Shown here piece after piece: positions 42,190 to 51,379 of a stretch of DNA of 64,000 nt. Source of the stretch: an uncultured Chloroflexia bacterium (GTDB lineage: Bacteria; Chloroflexota; Chloroflexia; Thermomicrobiales; UBA6265); the NCBI GenBank assembly GCA_963724295.1, contig CAVRUC010000007.1, forward strand, positions 704,001 to 768,000, written 5' to 3'. Made by a program: the position numbers and the translations under genes. The notes under the pieces are model-generated. The model was not told where the DNA came from and made no database searches. It saw only the letters and a list, made by a program, of their open reading frames with translations. The stretch's first letter is position 1. The number at the start of each line of letters is the position of its first letter.

Positions 42190-43002
42190 CTACCGATCAC
42201 TGCGGTGCCCTTTCCAGAACCGCTCCCGCTCCCGCTCCATCGTGGCCGCCGCCGCCTGCTGCTCCTTGGCCGAGAGCGCGCTCGCCGCATCGGGAACGCT
42301 GGTGACGTGCTCGCAGTCGGCCGCGACGTCGTCGTTGTCGTTAGCTCGCACCTCGTCCTCGCCATCGCCGCAGGTGATCGTGTCGATGCTGCCGGGCGTC
42401 TCGTCGGTCTCCGCGTCGATGTAGTCGTCACCGTCGCCGGCGTCGATAGTGTCGCTGCCCTGCTGGCCCTCCATTTGGTCGCCGCCGTCGCCGCCGGTCA
42501 TGGTGTCGTCGCCGGTCCAGCCGAAAATCTTGTCGTCGCCGGGACCGCCGTCTAGCGTGTCGTCGCCTGCGGCGCCCTCCACCCAGTCGTCACCGTCGCC
42601 GCCCTCCAGGACGTCGCTGACTACTTCGTCGACGTTGTCGTACACCACGTCGGAGCCGGGCCCGCCGATGGAGAGATCGGAGCCGAGCTGGCCGATGAGC
42701 CAGTCGTTGCTGGCGCCGCCATCGAGGGTGTCGTCGCCTTTCTGGCCCTGGAGGAAGTCCATGCCACCGAGACCGTTGACAGTGTCGTCGCCGCGGCCCG
42801 CGACGACGTTGTCGCGTAGGGGGGAGCCGGTGATGTCGTCGTCACGCTTAGTGCCGTGGCAGGTCGGCTTCTCCGAGTCTTTGCCGACCTGGCCGGTGCA
42901 GGTGATGTCTGCCGCCAGCGTGGTCGCCCAGTGGACGCCGCCGCTCAGCGTGAGCGCCAGTCCCAGCGCGACGAGTCCGGAAAGAAAGCGTCGTTTGTGC
43001 AT
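42190..43002 (-). CDS. Secreted hemolysin-type (RTX-like) calcium-binding protein 2
   Basis: RBS AAGGAG, signal peptide, GGxGxD repeats, DTITCGDGED..ADCE. Confidence 0.85.
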   Translation of the reverse strand: MHKRRFLSGLVALGLALTLSGGVHWATTLAADITCTGQVGKDSEKPTCHGTKRDDDITGSPLRDNVVAGRGDDTVNGLGGMDFLQGQKGDDTLDGGASNDWLIGQLGSDLSIGGPGSDVVYDNVDEVVSDVLEGGDGDDWVEGAAGDDTLDGGPGDDKIFGWTGDDTMTGGDGGDQMEGQQGSDTIDAGDGDDYIDAETDETPGSIDTITCGDGEDEVRANDNDDVAADCEHVTSVPDAASALSAKEQQAAAATMERERERFWKGHRSDR

Positions 43003-43496
43003 GAGGAACTCCTTGCTGCTCGCCGGTGCAGCGCTCGCTGCCCGGTGAGCGGTCAACGTGTTCAGACAGCCAGTTTCATTGTCTGCAGCTCGGTTCTCCT
43101 CTCTCTGGCCCGTGCCCCACGGGTGCCGACGCCTGCGGGTTGCGGACGTCGAGCCATCGTTGGCGTTCGGGATGCCGGGGCCTAGTGCTGTGACCAGGGA
43201 GATGGTTGCCGTTCCTTGATCGGGCTTGCGCATTGAGGCTCTCCTCTCCCAGCCGTTGGGGCCATCGCCATCAGTGGTCGGAGTAGGCTTGGCAACGGCA
43301 CGGCGGTCTCCTCCGGAGATGGTCAGGCCAGATCCGCGAGCGGGCAGGGCACTACCGGTGGCACGGAGTCCTGCCCGTCTCGTCTGCACTCAGCACCGCC
43401 GAACGGCGGCCCACGGTCTGTATGCGTCATTGCCCATTCCTTCCTGGCCTGGTGCGCCGCGACTCATCTTTTTCCATCGTTGTGCCGTTCACCGAC

Positions 43497-43525
43497 CCAG
43501 ACGAACGAAGCCGAAAACTGTCACA
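43497..43525 (-). promoter_or_regulatory. Putative ECF sigma promoter copy 3
   Basis: TGTGACAGTTTTC..TTCGTCTGG upstream of the RTX genes. Confidence 0.7.
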
Positions 43526-43918
43526 TCGCGCCGACACGCGACTTCACAGCGGCAGACAGCTAGCTCAGGGTGATCGTGGACAGGGACCGCCCGCGGAGGC
43601 CCCCGCGGCGAGCGGTCTTAGCAGATGTTGCGTGCTTCGACCCGGTTGTTCGTCTCGTGGGATTCGGCGGCGTAGCCCTGCTGATCGACAATGATCACGA
43701 TGGCGAAATCGCAGCCATCCACGGAGTAGCGCGCGAGGTCGTGCTGGGCGGAAGGCAGCAGGTCCGATTTGACCCAGGCCTGCATCCACTCCCGGGGAGC
43801 GCAAAGCGTGTTACGCGGCGGCTACTGTTTAGCTCACCGGAGCTGGCGGTGGAATCTCGGCGGCGGTAACGAGCGGGCGATGGCGCCCGTCACAAGCTCG
43901 CCGCTGGGCTTGGGCTGC

Positions 43919-45091
43919 TTATCCGCCGGCAATCGTTCCCGCCGGACTTGTGTCACCTGCTACTTGCTGGACGCGAAGCCGCAGCAGGACGAGCGGATCG
44001 TCGCCGAGGTTGCGCATGGTGATGTGCGTGCCAGGAACGAGGATCGGGACGGGATTGTCCGGACTCAGCTCCCGCTCCTGCCCGGACGACCAGCCCTGGG
44101 GCAGCGCATCCCCGATGAGGGTCAGTCCCAACTGGCCGGTGATGATGGCGAACCAGTCCTGGCCGGTGGCTGCCTCCGCCCGCATCGTCGTCCCCGCCGG
44201 GATCGAGAGCCGGTCGAAGACAACGTGGGAGGTTCCTGGTGGGAGCGACTCGTGGGCTTCGGTATCGAGCGCGACTTCCCGGGTGACCAGACCGCGGTCG
44301 TACTCCTCCAGCGAGAACCCCAGCGCCGCCACCCCACGGTAGACCGCGGTCTCGGCGAGACCGGGGTTACGCACGCCCAACTCCTGCCCAGGGGGGATGA
44401 CCATGCTCTGACCCGGAGCCAGGGTCTGGCCCGTGCCATTGACGGTGGCCACGATCGGCTCCGTATCGGCCACGATCCACTGCGGTCCGTCCACGGGTGG
44501 GATCGTGAGCGTGGCGTCCGGCTGGAAGCGCCAGCGCTCCACCGCCAGCGGCGTCCAGGTCTCAGCCGCTCCCGTGAGGCTGGTATCGAGCAGCGTCTGG
44601 GTCGTCGGCTCGCCGGTAGCGCCGAGTTGAGTCTGTGGCCGCTCGAAGGTCACCTGGCGCACGAGGAGCACGCTGCCGACCAGGAACAGCGCGAGCACCG
44701 CCGCGGCGGCTAACTGGCCTCGCGTCCAGCGGGGGTGGGAGAGAGGAGTTGGGGACGGCTCATCGTGGACTGGAAATGGGCGCAGGGGTGGAAGCACCGC
44801 CTGGCGGTCATCGTGCGCCACGGGAGATGCCGGTCGCCGCGGCGTCTGGGTCGCGCCGGATCTAGCGGCCGCGGCCACCAGGTCACGACGCAGACTCCGT
44901 ACGAAGTCGGGATGCGGCTGCGGCCGGTCCTGGCGCCCAGTGATGAGGCTCCAGCGCACCGTGGCAACAAGATCGGGATCGAGCCCGCGTGCCAACCGCT
45001 CCAACTCCTCAGGAGAGGCGTCCCGCACGAGCGCCTCTCGGTAGCGGCTCAGCCGCTCGGCCGGGGTCGCTCGCCGCCTAGACGCGGGCAC
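43919..45091 (-). CDS. Putative anti-sigma factor: single TM helix, extracytoplasmic cupin-like repeats
   Basis: Overlaps the sigma gene end; PxPDFVRSLRRDL, TM LAAAAVLALFLVGSVLLV; two TL.PG..RN.G beta motifs. Confidence 0.65.
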   Translation of the reverse strand: MPASRRRATPAERLSRYREALVRDASPEELERLARGLDPDLVATVRWSLITGRQDRPQPHPDFVRSLRRDLVAAAARSGATQTPRRPASPVAHDDRQAVLPPLRPFPVHDEPSPTPLSHPRWTRGQLAAAAVLALFLVGSVLLVRQVTFERPQTQLGATGEPTTQTLLDTSLTGAAETWTPLAVERWRFQPDATLTIPPVDGPQWIVADTEPIVATVNGTGQTLAPGQSMVIPPGQELGVRNPGLAETAVYRGVAALGFSLEEYDRGLVTREVALDTEAHESLPPGTSHVVFDRLSIPAGTTMRAEAATGQDWFAIITGQLGLTLIGDALPQGWSSGQERELSPDNPVPILVPGTHITMRNLGDDPLVLLRLRVQQVAGDTSPAGTIAGG

Positions 45092-45812
45092 GGTGCATCT
45101 CCCCGACGGCGCCGAGCATCTCGAGACACTCGCGCAGCTTGCTCATCAAGCGATAGTGGGCGGTGCGAATCGCGCCATGGGTGCGGCCGAGGACCTGGGC
45201 AATCTGTTTGTCGTTCATCTCGGTGAGTAACAGGTCGAACAGTTCCCGCTCTCCTATCGAGAGGCATCGTTCGCGCGCCTCCTGCAGAATGCGAGCGTCG
45301 TCGCGCTGCACGGCGACTGCCTCTGGAGTCAGGGCGGGATCCTCAGGTTCGAGCGTCTCGTCCCAGGCCTCGGGGCGGAACCGATCGGCTCGGTAGGTAT
45401 CGGTGACGATGTTGCGAGCGATGGCGAAGAGCCAGCCGGCAAAGGCCGCGTCGTCCCGACACGAGGCGAGCGACTGCAAGGCGCGCACGAAGATCGTCTG
45501 CGTGACATCTTCGGCGGTCTGGCGATCGGCGAGGCGAACGGCGACGAAGGCGTAGACCTCATCCACGTAGTGGTCGAAGAGCTCGCCGAAGGCCTCGCCG
45601 TCGCCGTCCTTGGCGCGCGCCACCAGACCGGCCACGGCGGTGCTAGCGAGCCGGTCACCGCTCGTGTACTGCTTCGTCCCTGACCGCAGGCGTGCTGCGC
45701 TGCCACCGCACCACGTGGACTCCTCACCGAGCACCGCGTCGTGGGCATTGAATTGGTACTCCGTGATGCGCAGTATCTCATGTGTCCGGTGAGGAGAAAA
45801 CCAGGTGGGCAT
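45078..45812 (-). CDS. ECF RNA polymerase sigma factor (start uncertain, may be 45734 or 45635)
   Basis: AKDGDGEAFGELFD, AEDVTQTIFVRA, FAGWLFAIARN, QIAQVLGRTHGAIR. Confidence 0.9.
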   Translation of the reverse strand: MPTWFSPHRTHEILRITEYQFNAHDAVLGEESTWCGGSAARLRSGTKQYTSGDRLASTAVAGLVARAKDGDGEAFGELFDHYVDEVYAFVAVRLADRQTAEDVTQTIFVRALQSLASCRDDAAFAGWLFAIARNIVTDTYRADRFRPEAWDETLEPEDPALTPEAVAVQRDDARILQEARERCLSIGERELFDLLLTEMNDKQIAQVLGRTHGAIRTAHYRLMSKLRECLEMLGAVGEMHRARV

Positions 45813-46177
45813 GGCGGGTGCTGGTCGTCCTAGGCCGTGGTCGAGGCGCCGCAACGCCGCCCCGCGACCTCTGCGCCATCCACGCCATGGAGAAGACGCG
45901 CGCCGGGGGCACCACCGACGAGGATGGTGAGTGCAGCCAGGATCACGGCGACGCCGCCGCTCACGAAGGCATGGGGACAGGTGACGAGGTCAGACGTGTG
46001 GTCCCTCCTTTCAGTTCGGTGGGAAATAGCCGACGTGTGGCTCGTTCACGCCCGGGAGCGGCGCGACACTGTCAGCGCGGGCGATCGCAGCGATCGCCGG
46101 CAGGAAGCAGAAGCCGTTCATCTCCCATCTAGGCGGGGGTCCTGGTGGGCCCGGACCTGTTTCCGTCGTTCACCCAT

Positions 46178-46206
46178 CCAGACGAGTGCGCGCGAAAAGT
46201 GTCACA
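46178..46206 (-). promoter_or_regulatory. Putative ECF sigma promoter copy 4 (candidate autoregulatory promoter)
   Basis: TGTGACACTTTTC..CTCGTCTGG upstream of the sigma gene. Confidence 0.75.
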
Positions 46207-46449
46207 GGAACCGGGACGCGTGTGACCTGTTGGCAGTGAGTTGGAGGCTACCGGTGGGCTGAAGAACGGAACGCCGGTGGGGTGGTCGACTAGCGGTAGG
46301 ACCCGGGACGGTAGGACGACGGCCTCTTGGCTTGGCCAGTTCCACGCATCGAGTGGAACTATTTGGCTTGCTAATGATCGTCAGCGATAAGCAATGCGGC
46401 GTTAGTGACCCGCCGTCATGCAACCTCGCCCCAGTCTGGAAACACGACT

Positions 46450-47031
46450 CTACATCTCGGCCAGCTCGCGTAAGGCGGTCACCACGCGATCCTCGACAGT
46501 CATGTCCGGATCTCGCGGCACGCGCACGAGCGCCCCGTGGGCTTCAGCCGAGGTGTAACCCAGCGATCGCAACGCCTCGACCACCTCGGCGTCCGCTCGA
46601 GACGGCACACTGAGGGGAGCACCGCTGGCCGGCACGATCTTTCCGCGCAGCTCGAGAATGAGCCGCCCGGCCGTTTTGCGGCCAACCCCTGGCACTGTGG
46701 CGAGGAGCTCCGCGTTTTCGCCGTTGATCGCCATCTCCAGCGCCTCCGGCCGCACGCGGGAGAGGATCGCCAGCGCCAATCTGGGACCGACTCCGGAGAC
46801 GCTGATGAGTGTTTCGAACAACCGCAACTCGTCCGGCGAGGCGAACCCATACATGGTGAGCTGATCTTCGCGTACGTAGAGATGCGTGAACAGCCGCGCG
46901 CTTTCCCCGGTCTCGCCGATATCCTCCAGCGTTACCAGCGAGGTGTTGACGCGGTAGATCACGCCACCGACGTCGATCAGCACCGCGTCGTCCAACTTGC
47001 GCTCGATGCGCCCCTTCAGTCCGGCAATCAT
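46450..47031 (-). CDS. ruvA: Holliday junction branch migration protein RuvA
   Basis: MIAGLKG, DVGGVIY, HLYVRED..MYGF, VSGVGPRLA, VPGVGRKTA. Confidence 0.96.
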   Translation of the reverse strand: MIAGLKGRIERKLDDAVLIDVGGVIYRVNTSLVTLEDIGETGESARLFTHLYVREDQLTMYGFASPDELRLFETLISVSGVGPRLALAILSRVRPEALEMAINGENAELLATVPGVGRKTAGRLILELRGKIVPASGAPLSVPSRADAEVVEALRSLGYTSAEAHGALVRVPRDPDMTVEDRVVTALRELAEM

Positions 47032-47927
47032 TGCGGCATCTCCACGATGTCGACGTTCTCTGCAGTATCGTCCAGCCGGTAGACGCGGCGCGCGTTGTTG
47101 CCCATGACGAGAGCGCGTTCATCGGGGTGAATCGCAGCCAGTCGGTTCGTCCGTTCCAGAAATCTCCCCATGCCGAGCACGGGATGATCGCTTGCCCACA
47201 GCACCCGCTCCCGGCCGGCGATGTCGAGCACGGTGCGGAACACCCCTGGTCGGTAGAGATAGGAAGAGGCGGCGGTGTCGTAGACCACGCTCCGGGTGTG
47301 GGCAGCCACCTCGGGCATCAGCTCGTAGAACGGCAAACCGCCTCCCCAATGCGCCAGAACGACTCGCAGGTCAGGATTGGCCGCCAGAAAGCTCAGCAGT
47401 CGATCCGGGGTGGCGGTGCCCTTGCCTGGATAACGGTGACCGACCGGCTCCGAAGCATGGAGCAGGAGCGGCCGATCGGCGGCTAGCAGCACGGCGGCCA
47501 CGTCCGCCAGAAGCCCTGGGTGCGCGATATCGACGGCCTGCGCATCGGCGTTCAGCTCTCCGATCCCGGCGGCGCCCAGCGCCAGACAGCGCTCGGTCTC
47601 CGCGGCCGCATCCGGCGAGGCCGGCGCCACGATCCCCAGCCAGGCCAGGCGACCGTTGCTGGTCCTGGCGGCATCGGCAAGATAGTCGTTGTGCTCGCGG
47701 CAAAGACCAGGATCGAGCCAGGGCCAACCGCAGGCGACTGCCTGCACCACGCCTGCGGTATCCATGGCGGCTATCAGCTCATCCGCGTCGATCATTTTCG
47801 CGGATGGCGCCTCGTAGAGGTCGCCGAACCAGCGATCTCGCCGGCAATGATTGACGCGGTCGGCGATCCATTCCGGGGGAAACGCGTGGGTGTGCGCGTC
47901 GACGATAACCGGCGGGTCGTCCGCCAT
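47028..47927 (-). CDS. Amidohydrolase family protein
   Basis: DAHTH, GIGEL, HASEPVGHRYPGKG, LAHWGGG, WASDHP. Confidence 0.88.
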   Translation of the reverse strand: MADDPPVIVDAHTHAFPPEWIADRVNHCRRDRWFGDLYEAPSAKMIDADELIAAMDTAGVVQAVACGWPWLDPGLCREHNDYLADAARTSNGRLAWLGIVAPASPDAAAETERCLALGAAGIGELNADAQAVDIAHPGLLADVAAVLLAADRPLLLHASEPVGHRYPGKGTATPDRLLSFLAANPDLRVVLAHWGGGLPFYELMPEVAAHTRSVVYDTAASSYLYRPGVFRTVLDIAGRERVLWASDHPVLGMGRFLERTNRLAAIHPDERALVMGNNARRVYRLDDTAENVDIVEMPQ

Positions 47928-47931
47928 CGGT

Positions 47932-48861
47932 TTAGAGCGGAGCTCCCAGGACCACGACGGCGAGGAGCAGGAGCACGACGAGGAGGATGGCGATCACGGC
48001 GGCGATCACGGTTCCGGGCACACCACCGGTGCGGGAGGCCGGGCTGGGTAGCGCGGCAGCCGCCGGCACTCGCGTCGGGATCGCCGCGGCAACGACGGCC
48101 GTGGCATTGTCGCTGGTGCCGTGCTCCTTTGCCGCCTCCACGAGCTGTCGAGCGGCGTCGCCAGGGTCCTGCTCGACGAGGGCGCGACGCATCTCGCCGT
48201 CGTCGAGGACGTCGTAGAGACCATCGCTGCAGAGCAGCAACCGGTCGCCGGGGAGGAGCGTCAGCTCGAAGATGGCCGGCAGCTTGCTTTCCAGCCGCGG
48301 ATGCGTGCCGATGACGTGGGTGAGCCGGTTCCGACGCGGATCGCGCCGCGCCGCCTCGGCGGTGATGCGGCCCTGGGCAACTTCCTCGGCCACGACCGTG
48401 TGATCCCGCGTCACCTGCGTCAGCACCTGACCGCGCAGAAGGTAGGCGCGGCTGTCACCGACATGAGCGATGGTGGCGTACTTGCCATGGAGCAGCGCCG
48501 ATGTCAGCGTCGTCCCCATGCCGGCGTGCGCCGGCTCGTCCTCACCGGCCTGGAACACCGCCTCGTTCGCGCGGCGGTAGGCTTGCTTCAATGCCAGTCC
48601 CAGATCGCCGTCCGGAAGCGCGGGAAAGGCCTCCACCAGCGCGTTCATCGCGATCTGGCTGGCGACGTCTCCGGCCGGATGCCCACCCATGCCATCGGCC
48701 ACGACCAGGAGGAAATCTTCACCGGCGCCGGATAGCCCGTCGATGGCCAGCGCCGCGGCCACGTCCTGGTTCTCGTCTCGCCCAGCGGCGTCGGTCACCG
48801 CGGAGACGGCCAACCGCAGCGTCTCCTCGGGCGTTTCAACTGCTCTCGGTAACGCGCTCAC
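47932..48861 (-). CDS. PP2C-type Ser/Thr phosphatase with C-terminal TM anchor
   Basis: RDENQD, VADGMGGH, MGTT, HVGDSRAY, LCSDGL, DNAT. Confidence 0.92.
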   Translation of the reverse strand: MSALPRAVETPEETLRLAVSAVTDAAGRDENQDVAAALAIDGLSGAGEDFLLVVADGMGGHPAGDVASQIAMNALVEAFPALPDGDLGLALKQAYRRANEAVFQAGEDEPAHAGMGTTLTSALLHGKYATIAHVGDSRAYLLRGQVLTQVTRDHTVVAEEVAQGRITAEAARRDPRRNRLTHVIGTHPRLESKLPAIFELTLLPGDRLLLCSDGLYDVLDDGEMRRALVEQDPGDAARQLVEAAKEHGTSDNATAVVAAAIPTRVPAAAALPSPASRTGGVPGTVIAAVIAILLVVLLLLAVVVLGAPL

Positions 48862-49024
48862 GATCGTTCTCGTCCCCTGCTGGTGGCATCGGTCGGCCCG
48901 ATGGTAGCACGCGTGCCAGGGAGCGCTGCCGCCGCGCTTCGGTCGTGAAAGTCCTGGTGCTAGACTCGGATGCGACGCGCCGGTTCGAGCTGAGAGTGCG
49001 CACTGGTGGCGCGAAGGAGACCCG

Positions 49025-49750
49025 TTGCCGCTGCCCCGACGCCGGTTCCTGAACCTTTTGGGCGCGGGCAGCGTTCTGGCGCTCAGTGCCTGTGGCCCCG
49101 CCGAGAACGCGGCAATCACTCCCGAACTAACGCCGACGCCGGCCGCGGTTCTCGAGATGGCGAGCAAACGCCTCGCGGAGACACCGACGGTCCATTTCGC
49201 ACTCGATGTGCAAGGAGAGACGTTCATCGACAGCGGTGGCAACATCCGCCTTCTTGGCGCCGAGGGCGACCTGGAGCGGCCGGACCGGGTGCAGACCGCC
49301 TTTCAGGCCGAGGTGATGGGTCGGGCCATCTCCCTCCAGCTGGTGACCATCGGCGACGAGTCCTGGACGACCAATATCCTCACCGGCGAGTGGGAGGACG
49401 CTCCTCTGGAGTTTGCCTACCAGCCTGACATCCTCTTCTCGACCCAGGATGGCATCGGGCCGGTGATGGGACGCGTCGAGGATGTCGAACGCCGCGAGGA
49501 CGAGGAGATCGATGGCCGGCCGACCTATCATCTGCATGCAACGGTCGATGAGTCCGTGGTCGGCCCCTTGACTTACTACACCATCAACGGGTCGCCGGTA
49601 GCAGTCGATTTGTGGATCGACCAGGAGACGTACGACCTGCTGCGCGCACGACTCTCAGAGCCTCCGGGACCGGAGCGGCCGAACCCCGCCGTCTGGACAC
49701 TGAACCTCTCGCACCATGGCGAAGAGGTCTCGATCGAGCCCCCGGTCTAG
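49025..49750 (+). CDS. LppX/LprAFG-family lipoprotein (Tat signal)
   Basis: RRRFL Tat motif, lipobox LSAC, TVHFALD..AEGD..RPD, VDLWID, VSIEPP. Confidence 0.75.
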   Translation: MPLPRRRFLNLLGAGSVLALSACGPAENAAITPELTPTPAAVLEMASKRLAETPTVHFALDVQGETFIDSGGNIRLLGAEGDLERPDRVQTAFQAEVMGRAISLQLVTIGDESWTTNILTGEWEDAPLEFAYQPDILFSTQDGIGPVMGRVEDVERREDEEIDGRPTYHLHATVDESVVGPLTYYTINGSPVAVDLWIDQETYDLLRARLSEPPGPERPNPAVWTLNLSHHGEEVSIEPPV

Positions 49751-49765
49751 CCGGCCGCACCGGCG

Positions 49766-51313
49766 ATGGAGCTGAGCTCAACCGACCGTCGTGCGCTCGG
49801 GGCTGCCCTGCTGGCGGTGCTGCTGGGCGCCCTCGATCTCACGGTCATCGCCACCATCCTGCCCGGGATGGTGACCGACCTTCGCATCAACGCCGCCGAC
49901 GTCGATCGCTACGTCTGGATCGTCAACAGCTACCTCCTTGCATACATCGTAGCGATTCCCGTGGTCGGCAGGCTCTCGGATATCGTCGGCAGGACGCTTG
50001 CGTTCCAGGCATCGCTGGCGCTGTTTCTTGTCGGCTCAATCGTCTGTGCCTTCGCGGGCGACCTGCCAGGCATGGTCGCGGGGCGAGCCATCCAGGGCGC
50101 GGGCGGCGGCGCGCTGCTGCCGGTGACGATGGCCATGGTCGGCGATCTTCTCCCTCCCGGCAGGCGGGCCGCCGCGCTCGGTGTCGTGGGCGCGGTCGAT
50201 ACGTTGGGATGGGTTCTGGGGCCGATTTGGGGCGCCGCCCTGGTCGAGGTTGCCCCGGGTCAGGATCCCTGGCGCTGGGTATTCATCGTCAACGTCCCCC
50301 TCGCCGTCGCGGCCGCTGTGGCCATCGGTCGTGTTGGCGGGGCCAGATCTCCGTTTGAGCCGGGGTGGGCTAGCCGGTTGGATATGCCGGGAGCGCTCCT
50401 CCTCGCCGGGACCTTGCTTGCGCTGAACCTCGGGCTATCGGCGGGGGGCGAGCTCGGCGCGCCGGCAGGAGGAGCGCGCGCACTCGGCGGATCGCGCAAT
50501 CCCGTCGCCGAAATCGTGCTTCCGCTGCTGGGGGTGGCGGTCGTGCTCGGTGTGCTCTTCGTGTGGCAGCAACGTCGCGCTGAATGGCCTCTCCTCCCGG
50601 TGACCCTGTTCGGCGATCGCCAATTCTCGGCCGCTATCGCGGCGAATTTCCTTGTCGGCGCATCATTGATCGTGGCCATGGTCGACATCCCGGTGATCAC
50701 GGCGATGCTGGTCGATCAGGCGTCGGTGAGCCGCGTATCCGCGTTGATGCTGGCTCCCTTCACTATCTTGATCGCGCTCCTCTCGTTGGCAGGCGGGCGG
50801 ATCGTGTCACGGGTCGGATTTCGGCAGACGGCGTCGCTCGGGCTGGTGCTGGTCGCCATCGGCTACGCCGCGCTCTGGCTAGGGCTGCGCGGCGGCGCGC
50901 TGATCGGCATGGTTCCCGGTCTCGTGCTCGCGGGAGCCGGCTTCGGTCTGGTGTTCGCACCGATTGGCGCGACTGCGATCGACGCCGCACCGGACCCCGA
51001 TCGGGGCATTGCCGCGGCCATGACCCTCGTCTTTCGCCTGCTGGGGATGACGATCGGGATCTCGACGCTGACCGCGATCGCGGTGCGCCGCCTGCAAGGC
51101 CTGGTCGGGAACCTGGGGGAGGTCGTGCAGGCTCCCAATGAGAGCACCACTGATTTCCTGGCGCGGCAAACGGCACTCCTCTACGAAACGGTCCTGCCGG
51201 TGAGTCTGCAGGTCGCACGTGAGACGTTCCTTCTGGCCGGCGCAATTGCGCTCTTGGGTCTGATTCCGGTGGCGTTCTTTTCCAACCGCCCATCGTCCCG
51301 AGCGGCGCGGTGA
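49766..51313 (+). CDS. MFS transporter (14-TM DHA2 type, P55/Rv1410c-like)
   Basis: ALDLTVIATILP, WIVNSYLLAYIVAIPVVGRLSD..GR, RAIQGAGGGALLPVT, WRWVFIVNVP. Confidence 0.9.
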   Translation: MELSSTDRRALGAALLAVLLGALDLTVIATILPGMVTDLRINAADVDRYVWIVNSYLLAYIVAIPVVGRLSDIVGRTLAFQASLALFLVGSIVCAFAGDLPGMVAGRAIQGAGGGALLPVTMAMVGDLLPPGRRAAALGVVGAVDTLGWVLGPIWGAALVEVAPGQDPWRWVFIVNVPLAVAAAVAIGRVGGARSPFEPGWASRLDMPGALLLAGTLLALNLGLSAGGELGAPAGGARALGGSRNPVAEIVLPLLGVAVVLGVLFVWQQRRAEWPLLPVTLFGDRQFSAAIAANFLVGASLIVAMVDIPVITAMLVDQASVSRVSALMLAPFTILIALLSLAGGRIVSRVGFRQTASLGLVLVAIGYAALWLGLRGGALIGMVPGLVLAGAGFGLVFAPIGATAIDAAPDPDRGIAAAMTLVFRLLGMTIGISTLTAIAVRRLQGLVGNLGEVVQAPNESTTDFLARQTALLYETVLPVSLQVARETFLLAGAIALLGLIPVAFFSNRPSSRAAR

Positions 51314-51379
51314 GGTAGCCGGTTCCTGCCAGGCGTACAATGCGCGCCGCGTCGGTCGTCGTCTCCGGCGGAGGAGGTC

